DNA of 64,000 bases, from the IMG/VR virus record IMGVR_UViG_3300033463_000010, positions 64,001 to 128,000 of that record, one strand, 5' to 3'. Positions 1 through 8,836 of the stretch are shown piece by piece (within the stretch, counting starts at the first letter, position 1; every line of letters begins with the position of its first letter). This DNA is from a virus. Lineage: Duplodnaviria; Caudoviricetes. Both the position numbers and the translations under genes were made by a program. The notes under the pieces were generated by a model. That model had not been told where the DNA came from and ran no database searches. It worked only from the letters and a program-made list of their open reading frames with translations.

Positions 1-12
1 CTGTTGAGTGAA

Positions 13-43
13 GACACCCCTGCGTAAAGCGGGGGTGTTTTTT
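13..43 (+). terminator. Intrinsic terminator
   Basis: gacacccctgc-gtaaa-gcgggggtgtt hairpin followed by a T run. Confidence 0.7.
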
Positions 44-71
44 ATAGGGTGGTTGTCCGAAGTTGAAAAAA

Positions 72-84
72 TTTTATTATTTTT
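72..84 (+). promoter_or_regulatory. Candidate late promoter motif TTTATTATTTTT
   Basis: Same motif at 7621-7632 (+) and ~53990-54003 (-), each upstream of putative virion genes. Confidence 0.4.
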
Positions 85-110
85 ATTGACGATAAACTTC
101 AAATGGGGTA

Positions 111-248
111 ATGCTTATGGCAGAAGAAACCACCGCACCCGATTCTTATTCTTACCTGGCTTACATTTTGGCTATGTATGCCGACGAAGAACAGCGTGAC
201 GAAACCCTGTGGACGGGAAACTTCACAGGCGACGTGTTGCCGTATTAG
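111..248 (+). CDS. Small acidic hypothetical protein (45 aa)
   Basis: ATG at 111 to TAG at 246-248 read manually (MLMAEETTAPDSY...), GGGG upstream; below the ORF-track cutoff. Confidence 0.4.
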   Translation: MLMAEETTAPDSYSYLAYILAMYADEEQRDETLWTGNFTGDVLPY

Positions 249-281
249 CGTCTAACAATTTTCCAAACAAGGGACACCCGT

Positions 282-1289
282 ATGTCTAACAAGCATTTCA
301 AGATAGTTGTTAAAGAAGCAAAGAAGAATGAAAGTAAGTCCGACGGTGAACGTGCCGTGGACGACTATGATACCCTTATTGACGGTCTAAAAGAATTGGG
401 ATTTGAGCCGTCGTCCAATGTTCGTAACGGTAAGATTTATCCGTATAGAACAAGGTTCACTGCGACCAAAGACGGCATTAAGTATGGCTTTACTCTTAAT
501 GAAGACCTCACAGGCGAATATCTTGAATCCATTGAAGTCGTTGGTGGAAGCATTTACACGGGCGACCCAAATGACAAGGACGCTAGGGTGTTTAAGTCCG
601 TCGGTGAAGTCCTTGACGCTTTGAAGCAGGTTGACGGTAAGAAGTCCGAGGCTATGGATATGTCTAGGGCGAAGCAGATTGTAATGGGTGACACTCGCCA
701 CAACCCTAAAACGGTTGCTGAGGAAATTGCGTGGTCTGCGTGGGTTGAAAGCGACGGGCACCCTAAAGCATTATTGCGTAAGGCTGCTAGGGATTACTAT
801 AATAGCGGGCTATTGGCTTCTGCTGAAAGGGCACGTTATTTGTTGGACACCTATACAGACGAAATGCGTGAACTTTATAAGGAATTTACGTCGTCGGTTG
901 AACCTGCTGAAGTTGCGTCCACAGGTGAAGTTATCCCGTGGAGTTCTTTTGAAGATATGTCTTCTAAAAATGAAGCTGACGCAGAAGCCTTTATTCAGTG
1001 GATTACTGAAAATGTTGCACGTAAGTTGGTTCGCTATGCTAGTGAGTCAATGAAGTCCGAAAGCCTTTCGCTCAAACAGAAAGAACTTAAAGATATGGCA
1101 CGTTATGGCGAAGCCGAAGACATTACTACCATATCCGACGCAGAAGCAAAGGAACTTCGCAAGAAGGGCGTTGAAACGGTGGGTGTTAGCCGTGGGACCT
1201 ACGGAATGAACGGTGCCTTGCTCCGTGACAAGGACGGCAATAAATACGTGATTACCGCCCGCAGCTCTAACCTGTTCTACTTTGTATAA
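282..1289 (+). CDS. Multi-module putative internal head protein (polyprotein-like)
   Basis: Leader MSNKHFKIVVKE; KKNE, KKSE, KNE and KSE linkers separate about 3 modules; C-terminal module ...SRGTYGMNGALLRD..YVITARSSNLF resembles a small stand-alone phage protein family. Confidence 0.6.
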   Translation: MSNKHFKIVVKEAKKNESKSDGERAVDDYDTLIDGLKELGFEPSSNVRNGKIYPYRTRFTATKDGIKYGFTLNEDLTGEYLESIEVVGGSIYTGDPNDKDARVFKSVGEVLDALKQVDGKKSEAMDMSRAKQIVMGDTRHNPKTVAEEIAWSAWVESDGHPKALLRKAARDYYNSGLLASAERARYLLDTYTDEMRELYKEFTSSVEPAEVASTGEVIPWSSFEDMSSKNEADAEAFIQWITENVARKLVRYASESMKSESLSLKQKELKDMARYGEAEDITTISDAEAKELRKKGVETVGVSRGTYGMNGALLRDKDGNKYVITARSSNLFYFV

Positions 1290-1315
1290 AATTTTTTAAA
1301 TAAAGGAAAACTCTT

Positions 1316-2650
1316 ATGAATAAAACATTCACCTGCTCTATGCAGAAAAAGAAAGAAAGCTTTGCGAAGAAGTCCGAAGCAAAGACTTGCGAAGCCACGT
1401 TTAAGCAGGGCGTGGACGACTTTATCAGTTGTGCCCCGTCGGGTGGTTGGTCCGACTATTGGGCTATGCAGCAGGATTGGGAAGCGTTTAAGGACGGTCT
1501 TTGCCGTGACGGTGTGATTACACAGAAGCAGGCAGATTCTTGGAGTAACCCTTGTACCCCCGAAACTTTTGCTCGCTGGCAGAAGCGTAACGGCTTGGTT
1601 AGCCGTGGTTACGAATCCAAGAAGTCCGAAGACACCTATGACCGTCCTGTGACCTTGTATGCTTCTACTCGTTATGATGACGCAGAAGAAGCACAGAAGT
1701 TCCTTGATAGCATTAGCGGTGGTGAAGTAAAGGTGTCCAAGGAACGCAATGGTGATACCTTGTCTGTGAGCATTGAAGGTGACGATGATGCTATTGACAC
1801 ATTCCTTGCAGTCTATAAGGATAACTATGATACCCTTGAAAAAGATTGCGATGCAGATGTTAATGGTTGGACGGACCCCGTGGATTTGAAGTATTATACG
1901 GTACAGGGTCGTAAGGAACTCACAGGTGAATCCGAAAGCAAGCAGAACGAAAAGAGTAAGGCTGTCTGTGCTGTTTGTGGGGAACCTACAGATGACCCTG
2001 TTTTTGACTATGACCATACTTTCTGTAAGGATTGTTACGGTGACGGTGGGGACGTTTGGAAGGGTGATAAGGCGAATGCTAATGCTAAATTTGTTGTTGG
2101 GACAATGATTAGTCTTGACGGTGTTAAGCAATATATTCGGGAATTTAGACCTCGTACTTTCGTAGCTCAAAACGTAGACACAGGTAAGGAAGTTACTTTG
2201 CCCCGCTCTAGTCTTAATCGTGCTTTCGCTTTATATGACCCTAGAAAGTCGGATTACGACGACAGGGGTAATTTAAAAAACCGTGAATCAAATAAAAAAG
2301 GCGAATCCAAGAAGTCCGAAGGCATTGGCGACCGAATCAAGATGGGCATAGACTACAATATGTTTATGCGTATGTGTGGTTCCGCAGCCTACCTTGATGA
2401 CAATGAAGACTATTGGGATGCACTGTGGGAATACTACTCCGAAATGGGCGAAATTGAAGACGCTTGCGAGTTCTTTGACAACTTGTTCCAATACACCGCT
2501 TGGTGCGATGCAGACGAGGTGTACGATGAATACTTGGACGATAAGTTCAAGGACGAGTCCAAGAGCAAGGAAGAATGTATTGAGGCTGCTGTTGACGCAG
2601 GCGACCTTGACGTTTTCAAGACGGACAAGGGCTATCTTGTAATTCAGTAA
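1316..2650 (+). CDS. Multi-module acidic putative internal head protein
   Basis: CSMQKKKESFAKKSE leader; ESKKSE twice and ESKQNE linkers; CxxC..CxxC module; very acidic C-terminal module. Confidence 0.6.
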   Translation: MNKTFTCSMQKKKESFAKKSEAKTCEATFKQGVDDFISCAPSGGWSDYWAMQQDWEAFKDGLCRDGVITQKQADSWSNPCTPETFARWQKRNGLVSRGYESKKSEDTYDRPVTLYASTRYDDAEEAQKFLDSISGGEVKVSKERNGDTLSVSIEGDDDAIDTFLAVYKDNYDTLEKDCDADVNGWTDPVDLKYYTVQGRKELTGESESKQNEKSKAVCAVCGEPTDDPVFDYDHTFCKDCYGDGGDVWKGDKANANAKFVVGTMISLDGVKQYIREFRPRTFVAQNVDTGKEVTLPRSSLNRAFALYDPRKSDYDDRGNLKNRESNKKGESKKSEGIGDRIKMGIDYNMFMRMCGSAAYLDDNEDYWDALWEYYSEMGEIEDACEFFDNLFQYTAWCDADEVYDEYLDDKFKDESKSKEECIEAAVDAGDLDVFKTDKGYLVIQ

Positions 2651-2667
2651 CAACCCGTGAAATGCAG

Positions 2668-2694
2668 AAGCACCCCTTAATTGGGGTGCTTTTT
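2668..2694 (+). terminator. Intrinsic terminator
   Basis: aagcacccc-ttaatt-ggggtgctt followed by a T run. Confidence 0.8.
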
Positions 2695-2710
2695 ACCTTA
2701 TTGATGTTTT

Positions 2711-2860
2711 TTAAATGCTTGAACCCGACATTGAACTATCCTCACACTAAAGATGTGTAGGATTCCCTAACTTACAGCAACATTCGTCGCTGATGGTTTC
2801 GGGCATTCTCGGTTTTGAAGCCGAGCATTGTTTAAGACTTCGGCAGGTCCCCCGCCTAGT
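2711..2860 (-). ncRNA. Putative omegaRNA/reRNA with guide tgtcgggttcaagcatttaa (2730-2711)
   Basis: TnpB reRNAs overlap the ORF 3' end and right end; the guide follows the terminal TCAA; 5' boundary estimated. Confidence 0.6.
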
Positions 2861-4030
2861 GTCTTCTTAACTCCAAGATACAGAATGTTCCGTGCAGCGT
2901 TTACGTCCCTGTCGTGTTCGGCATTACATACAGGGCATACCCACCGCTTCACGCCTAGCACGACTTCGGGGTTTACGTTCCCGCACACATTACAAGTCTT
3001 GCTTGTATATTGTGCGGGGACTTTGACCAGGTTCGTCTTGTAGGACAGGTATTGCCGAAGCAACCCGAACCCCTGGTCACTGACAACTTTCCCGTGTTCT
3101 TCTTCGGATGACATCTTCTGTAAATTTATGTCTTCCACGAACACGTATTGGTATCTGTCAGCCAGGTCACGGCTTACCTTGTGCAGCCAATCCCTGCGTT
3201 GGTTGACTACCTTTTCGTGCAGCCGTGCAACTTTGGACTTGGCACGGTAATACCTCTTGGACTGCACGTCCTTGCCCTTTACGAACCTGCGGGATTGGAC
3301 CTGTTGGTATTTCTCCAACTGCCGTTCTTTCCTTGTCAAGAAGCGAGGGCACTTGACTTTCGTGCCGTCGCTCAAAGTGAGGAACGAATCGTCGGAGCAG
3401 TTCCAATCTATCCCGACCGCCTTTCCGTTCTGTATTTTAGTTTGTTCTTCTTTAAGTTCTACGCAAATCTTGACATACCATTTCCCGCTTGCAGACCGCT
3501 TGAACGTTATGTTCTTCCACTTGCCCTTGCAGAACTGCGATGATGCGTGGATAGGTATGTAGCCTAATTTTCGTGTGACGTATAAACCTTTTTTTGAAAG
3601 ATACGCTGAATTATTCTGTATGTGATACCGAAACGATACTTTTTCGTTTCGTTTACATTTATATGTCGGTTGGTGTGAAAATGTAGAAGGTTTGTTGCTT
3701 TTTAATGATTTGTAGAAATTAGAATACGCCCCACGTATATCCATCCAAGTTTGTGTTAGTGGTATGGTATCTATTTCTTTAACCCATTCAAGTGCTTCGG
3801 GTTTAAATTTTGTAAATGTCGGTTTGTAACCCTCTATAAGAATTTTGTGATTTTCGTTTTTATTTTTAACAATAATGTTGTAGTATAATCGGCATAGACC
3901 TAGTGTCTTGTTAAAAATAGACACTTGTTCTTTAGTAGGATAGATTCTATATTCGTATGCCTTAAACATAAATTTGATAGTATAGTATGTTCAGCTATAA
4001 ATATACAATCAAAATTTAAAAACGTCAAGG
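2731..4030 (-). mobile_element. IS200/IS605-family (IS1341-like, tnpB-only) element; left end approximate
   Basis: tnpB ORF; right-end hairpin GAATCCTACACATCTTTAGTGTGAGGATAGTTCAA ending at 2731; TTGACG-17-TATATT promoter at ~4027-4000; no tnpA in the window. Confidence 0.75.
2767..3969 (-). CDS. tnpB: RNA-guided endonuclease TnpB (IS605 OrfB type)
   Basis: N-terminal AYEYRIYPTKEQ HTH; RuvC-I GIDWN, RuvC-II VEDIN, CNVCG..CPVC zinc finger, RuvC-III HDRDVNAARNI. Confidence 0.93.
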   Translation of the reverse strand: MFKAYEYRIYPTKEQVSIFNKTLGLCRLYYNIIVKNKNENHKILIEGYKPTFTKFKPEALEWVKEIDTIPLTQTWMDIRGAYSNFYKSLKSNKPSTFSHQPTYKCKRNEKVSFRYHIQNNSAYLSKKGLYVTRKLGYIPIHASSQFCKGKWKNITFKRSASGKWYVKICVELKEEQTKIQNGKAVGIDWNCSDDSFLTLSDGTKVKCPRFLTRKERQLEKYQQVQSRRFVKGKDVQSKRYYRAKSKVARLHEKVVNQRRDWLHKVSRDLADRYQYVFVEDINLQKMSSEEEHGKVVSDQGFGLLRQYLSYKTNLVKVPAQYTSKTCNVCGNVNPEVVLGVKRWVCPVCNAEHDRDVNAARNILYLGVKKTLGGGPAEVLNNARLQNRECPKPSATNVAVS

Positions 4031-4127
4031 GTTTTATGGGTATGCTGTAATATATGGCTATTCTATACGGTATAAAGCTGTCAAAGCGTATTAAATTTAT
4101 TATATTGGTTGTAACTATGGTGGTTAT

Positions 4128-4847
4128 ATGCTGAAACCTGGTAATCAAAAAGTTTATTTCATAGAGAACGACGACTTGTCTAAACTCTATCCCGACGCAG
4201 AAGACGCACAGGACAAAGCCCTGGGCGTTCTTGAAGGCGAGCAGTCCTTTATTATCGTGGACGGTGAACAGCTCCCCATAGGCTACGATAGCGAAAAGGA
4301 TGCTATCCTGGTGGAAGACAGCAGCACTTCCGATAGCGTGATTAAAAAGGCTCGCAAGCTGCTTGACCTGTTCGTGAAGAATGAACTGTTCGGGACCCGT
4401 GAAATTGAAAATGAAAACGGGTTTATGCCCGACGACGATTACCCTATGTCCGTGAATGTCACGGACGGTAATTCGTATCGCACGGTTTCTTATTACCCGT
4501 CTATGCAGCAAATGGCGAATGCACAGGTCCATTTGTGGACGGGAAGCGGGTATAGCACCCACGTATTCTATGTGAACGTCCACAATGGCGACCGCAACCC
4601 CGAAGAAGCCCTGGAAACGGCTGTGGTCCTTGCCGAAAAGATTGACAAGTCCGTATTGTTAGACGTTGCCGAAACCGAACAGGCTATGGCAGACGACGGT
4701 CATTACGACAAGGATAGCGGTGAGGGCGACGCTGTTTTTGAAGAAACATACATTTACGTTGACGCTACAATGTTGGGGGCTTCGCAGCCTTACTACGTGT
4801 ATGCAGAAAATTTCGGAGTGCTGCCCAATAAGGGCGAACTCGCATAA
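4128..4847 (+). CDS. Acidic hypothetical phage protein (two modules)
   Basis: ORF track, phage-like codon usage; internal KNE. Confidence 0.7.
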   Translation: MLKPGNQKVYFIENDDLSKLYPDAEDAQDKALGVLEGEQSFIIVDGEQLPIGYDSEKDAILVEDSSTSDSVIKKARKLLDLFVKNELFGTREIENENGFMPDDDYPMSVNVTDGNSYRTVSYYPSMQQMANAQVHLWTGSGYSTHVFYVNVHNGDRNPEEALETAVVLAEKIDKSVLLDVAETEQAMADDGHYDKDSGEGDAVFEETYIYVDATMLGASQPYYVYAENFGVLPNKGELA

Positions 4848-4861
4848 AAGAGAGGTAGGCT

Positions 4862-5677
4862 ATGTCTAAAATGAAAATCAAGGTCCACGAAAGAAATTCC
4901 GATAATGACCCGCAGCGTTTCTACGATAAATTGAACCCTGCTGAAAAGCGTCGTTTTGACGGGCTTGCCGACACGGTTGAAGCCCTGGTTGGTGTGTTTG
5001 ACGAAAACGGAAAATTGTCTAAACCGCAGCAAGACCAACTCAAGGAAGCCAGGGACACGATTTACGTGTTTGGCTATGCAGCCAGGGGCTATGTAAGTCT
5101 TGCCGACGAAGTTCTTGCCAACTATGGCGTGGAACCTTTGCTTGACCCGAACGAACCTGTCTTTGGCGAATCCAAAAAGAACGAAGACACCGACGACGCA
5201 GCCGAAGCACTCGCAAAGGAACTAGGGGTTTCTGTTGACAAGGTTTCGGATAGCTCCCAGGACTATGACTATTATGAACTCGATTACACGTATGACGTTG
5301 AATTGACGGACGGCACGACTGCTACTTACCTTGTGTATGATAATCAGCAGTCTGCTATTGACGCTGCTGCGGACGATTTGGGTGAACGTTTCCACGACGA
5401 CAGTAGCATACTTGGGGCAGCTATTGAATACTTCGGCTTCGGGACGCTTTCCGATTATTTGAACGGATATGACGACGAAATGGCTGACCTTGAAAGTCTT
5501 TGTGACGACGTGAGTTCCGAAGAATTTGCACGTATGTTGCAGCAGCGGGGCGGTTTGGATTACCGTGGGTTTGCTGAATACAACATAGGTGAACTTGGGG
5601 CTGCTTGGCACCTTTCCAATTATGACGGCAAAGAAGTTGAACTTGAAAACGGTATGCTCGCATATCGTGTAGATTAA
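4862..5677 (+). CDS. Putative internal head protein with acidic YDGKE-type C-terminal module
   Basis: GAGG RBS; leader MSKMKIKVHE; ESKKNE linker; C-terminus LSNYDGKEVELENGMLAYRVD is paralogous to 53049..53957. Confidence 0.65.
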   Translation: MSKMKIKVHERNSDNDPQRFYDKLNPAEKRRFDGLADTVEALVGVFDENGKLSKPQQDQLKEARDTIYVFGYAARGYVSLADEVLANYGVEPLLDPNEPVFGESKKNEDTDDAAEALAKELGVSVDKVSDSSQDYDYYELDYTYDVELTDGTTATYLVYDNQQSAIDAAADDLGERFHDDSSILGAAIEYFGFGTLSDYLNGYDDEMADLESLCDDVSSEEFARMLQQRGGLDYRGFAEYNIGELGAAWHLSNYDGKEVELENGMLAYRVD

Positions 5678-5689
5678 GGGAGTAAGTAT

Positions 5690-7195
5690 ATGTCTTTGAA
5701 AATCAAAACACATAAGTTTGAAAGCCGTGTAGCTCCCGCTGCACAGCGTCGTCCGTTTGGTCGTATGGCTGAATCCAAAAAGTCCGAAGCTACAAGTTTC
5801 GGTGCGGGAATGTCTAAACGCACGGACCTGTCCAAAATGCGTAATTTGGGTGAAGTCATAGACGTTCTTGAAGAACACAAAAAACTTATGGAAAATAAGG
5901 CAAAGGATTTGTCGCAAAGCAAGGAAGACTTGCAGGCTGCGATTAAGTCCCTTAACGAATTTTCCAAACACGTCCTGTTCTTGAAGCAGCAGTCCGTAAA
6001 GGGTATCAAGGACGCACTCACGTTCAACAAGTCCCCCGAAGTCAAGGCTGCTGCCGATATTGAAAAGCACTTGAAGAATGCTCTTAAAATCCTTTACTCC
6101 GATTATGAGAACATTCCCGACGTTACTCAACTGCTGACAGTTGTTGACAGTCGGTATGCTACCCGTGGTGACAAGGTTGTGACCGCCTGGGTTGACAATG
6201 CGACCCGTGCTATTGAAGTGGACGCAAAGACGATTAAGGACAGCATCGCTGCGGGCGATATGTCCGAAGACGACGTTGTGAAACTTGTGACGGTTACTTA
6301 TGCTACCCACGGTGTCAAGAACAAGGACACCGTTGAAAAGGTAACGCCTGTCCTTGAACGTATGAACGCCTTGCTTGCTTCGGCTCCGAAGATTGAAGAA
6401 GCGGTCATTGACCCGAAGGAATTTAAGGAACTCCGTGACCTTGTGGAACAGATTGTTAAGGAAGCGTCCGAACCGACGCTTACTGTCAAGACTGCTATCA
6501 CTACGCTTTCAAAGGGCGAACTCGCAACCGTCCCGTCCGAAGCGTTTGTGTCCGAGGGTCTGCTTGACAAACTCAAAGACCTTGTGGCTTCTCTCAAGGA
6601 CAAGATTTCGTCCCTGTGGAACTCGTTTACTTCCCTGTTCTTCAACCTGGAAGACGAAGCCCTTGAATCGGCTGAAACGTTTGCCGAAGTTGAAGAAGGC
6701 TTTGCCATTATGGGCATTGTCGTTGAATCCTACGTTGCAAAGAGTGTTCCGCTCGGCAAGCAGTTTGAAGTCCTTACGAAGTCCGTGCTTCACTGCTGCG
6801 ATAAACTTGTCAAGGACGCTTCCCTTGCGGGCGAATTTGACGACGAAGTGATTTACGCAGAAGAAGCCGTCAATAATGCCGTTGAGTCGTTCCAGGCTCT
6901 CGGTGAAGCCTGCAAGACTTTGAAGAACGCATTGTCGTATCACAAAAACGAAGACAATATGAACGTTATCGGTATTCTTGCGGACGCTATCACGCAGATT
7001 GTGAACGACGACAATGGCAGTGCCGATACGGAAGGTGGCGACGACTCCGAAGACGACGAAAATTCTGTAATCCGTGACGTTGAAAAGGAATATAGCCCCG
7101 CAGGTGGCGAGGGCGGTGAAGAAGGTCCCGAAGCGAACGGTGGCGAGAACGAAGCCCCGAACCCCGCTGAAATGGGCGAACCCGAAACGTTCTAG
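5690..7195 (+). CDS. Coiled-coil putative head/prohead-core protein
   Basis: GGGAG RBS; leader MSLKIKTHKFE; ESKKSE; helical A/E/K/L composition; acidic G/E tail. Confidence 0.55.
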   Translation: MSLKIKTHKFESRVAPAAQRRPFGRMAESKKSEATSFGAGMSKRTDLSKMRNLGEVIDVLEEHKKLMENKAKDLSQSKEDLQAAIKSLNEFSKHVLFLKQQSVKGIKDALTFNKSPEVKAAADIEKHLKNALKILYSDYENIPDVTQLLTVVDSRYATRGDKVVTAWVDNATRAIEVDAKTIKDSIAAGDMSEDDVVKLVTVTYATHGVKNKDTVEKVTPVLERMNALLASAPKIEEAVIDPKEFKELRDLVEQIVKEASEPTLTVKTAITTLSKGELATVPSEAFVSEGLLDKLKDLVASLKDKISSLWNSFTSLFFNLEDEALESAETFAEVEEGFAIMGIVVESYVAKSVPLGKQFEVLTKSVLHCCDKLVKDASLAGEFDDEVIYAEEAVNNAVESFQALGEACKTLKNALSYHKNEDNMNVIGILADAITQIVNDDNGSADTEGGDDSEDDENSVIRDVEKEYSPAGGEGGEEGPEANGGENEAPNPAEMGEPETF

Positions 7196-7221
7196 TCAAC
7201 GCCTGGTCCGCTGAAAAGTAT

Positions 7222-7256
7222 AGTTGCCGAGGAATACTCGGCAACTTTCATTTTTG
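7222..7256 (+). terminator. Intrinsic terminator
   Basis: agttgccgag-gaata-ctcggcaact followed by a T-rich tail. Confidence 0.65.
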
Positions 7257-7312
7257 ACGCTGCGTGACTATATTTCATATAGGACAACCACGGCATACAA
7301 AAAGGAAACTGT

Positions 7313-7477
7313 ATGACGCTAGACGAAAAAGTAAAAGAACTGTATGACACGCTGAAGCCGATATGCAAGGAAAAGAAATTGAACCTTGCGTGGGAAGTCC
7401 ATAAGGCGTTGAAGAAATTCCGCAGCGAACACCCCGACCTTGACGAACAGTGGTCCATTGAAGCCTTGAAGTGCTGA
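7313..7477 (+). CDS. Small hypothetical protein (54 aa, MTLDEKVKELYDTLK...)
   Basis: AAGGA RBS; ORF read manually; CTATATTT motif upstream. Confidence 0.6.
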   Translation: MTLDEKVKELYDTLKPICKEKKLNLAWEVHKALKKFRSEHPDLDEQWSIEALKC

Positions 7478-7498
7478 CCGTTTTTGACAGGCACTTTG

Positions 7499-7557
7499 TA
7501 GGTATTCTGTTATATTCATTAGGTAATTTGTTAGATTATTAGGTAATTTGTTATATT
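7499..7557 (+). repeat. Three tandem copies of the promoter-proximal motif TAGGTAWTYTGTTAKATT
   Basis: Copies at 7499, 7520 and 7540 (20-21 bp period). Confidence 0.8.
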
Positions 7558-7669
7558 TATTTTGTATAAAATAAATCTTTCCCCATTAACTGAAATTCTG
7601 CGGTAATGCTCCGCAGAATTTTTATTATTTTTAGAATGTTGCAACAATAAAATTAGGAGTATTCCTCAA

Positions 7670-8833
7670 ATGAATTTTACCGAAAATGCAAAGACTAAAT
7701 TTTGGGCTGACCTTTCCGCAGGTGTAAAGTCCACGTTTGGACATTCTCTCGGTGAAGCGTTCCACATTGACCAATACAAAAGTGGTCGCTTCTCGTTTAC
7801 CGAATCCGTGACGGGCGGTCCTGGTGCTGTCACACGGCTTATGGACTCTTTAAAGGCTTCCTCGCCTGTCATTGAGTCGGTTCGTATGACACCGATTTCC
7901 AACGGCTACAACGCTACATACAACGTGTCGGTTGAATTTAACCCCGTCAAGGCTGAATCCGTTTACAGCGACGGCAAGGACAACGTTAAGACCTTTGAAA
8001 AGGACGGCAAGACCTACGTCGTCGGTAGCGACGGAAACGCTATTCCTGTTGACGACCCCGACAAGTTTATGGATAATGTAAACAAGACCACGGGTTCTAG
8101 TTACAAGAAAAAGTCCGAAGACGCAGACCAGGTGGATATGGACGGGTTCCCGATTGAACTTGACTCCGTTATCGCTCTCGCAAACGAAGCCCTTGACGGC
8201 ACGGGCGTTACTATCGCTAACGAAGGCGGTAAGCTGCTTGTCCGTGGTGCGTCCGAACTTGTGAAGCCGACCCAGGAATTTGTCCCCGAACCGTATTACG
8301 GTGCCGACTCTATTGACGGTGGCTACGACGAAGAAACGGGCGACCTGGCTCTTACCATTCCCGAATATCCGACGGAATACGAAATTGAACAGCTCCGTTC
8401 GTTCCTTATTTCTGCGGTCAACTGCATTATGGACCACGCCCTGTGCAAGACTGCCGATTGCTCCGACGACGATTGGTGCAACGCTATGGCAGAAGCAGAA
8501 CCGTGCGAAAGCTACGTTCACAAGTATGGCTACCTGGGCGAAGCATTTGTCGGTAATGACAAGAAACAGGTTGCTATCCTGGTGAAGTCGCTATTGCAGG
8601 AAAACCGCCTGGAAGACGCAAAGAAAGTCGCCACGAAGCATATGGGTGCTGAAATGGCAGAAGGCTTCACCCGCAAGTATGCACCCGAAAAGGTGGAAGA
8701 AAAACATCAAGCGGTCATTACAGACGAAATGGCTCTGCTTGACAGAATGCACGAATCCGCTATGAACCGTGCCCCCGAAAAGGTGGTGGAAATGGATTCC
8801 CTCGTCGCCAAAAATTTAACACAGGAGAAGTAA
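7670..8833 (+). CDS. Putative head/scaffold-associated virion protein
   Basis: AGGAG RBS; acidic; KKKSE linker; directly upstream of the sheath gene. Confidence 0.5.
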   Translation: MNFTENAKTKFWADLSAGVKSTFGHSLGEAFHIDQYKSGRFSFTESVTGGPGAVTRLMDSLKASSPVIESVRMTPISNGYNATYNVSVEFNPVKAESVYSDGKDNVKTFEKDGKTYVVGSDGNAIPVDDPDKFMDNVNKTTGSSYKKKSEDADQVDMDGFPIELDSVIALANEALDGTGVTIANEGGKLLVRGASELVKPTQEFVPEPYYGADSIDGGYDEETGDLALTIPEYPTEYEIEQLRSFLISAVNCIMDHALCKTADCSDDDWCNAMAEAEPCESYVHKYGYLGEAFVGNDKKQVAILVKSLLQENRLEDAKKVATKHMGAEMAEGFTRKYAPEKVEEKHQAVITDEMALLDRMHESAMNRAPEKVVEMDSLVAKNLTQEK

Positions 8834-8836
8834 ACT

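Noticed and set aside
7484-7516. Canonical sigma70 promoter
   Set aside because: TTGACA-TATATT spacing is 21 nt; retained only as a tandem motif array
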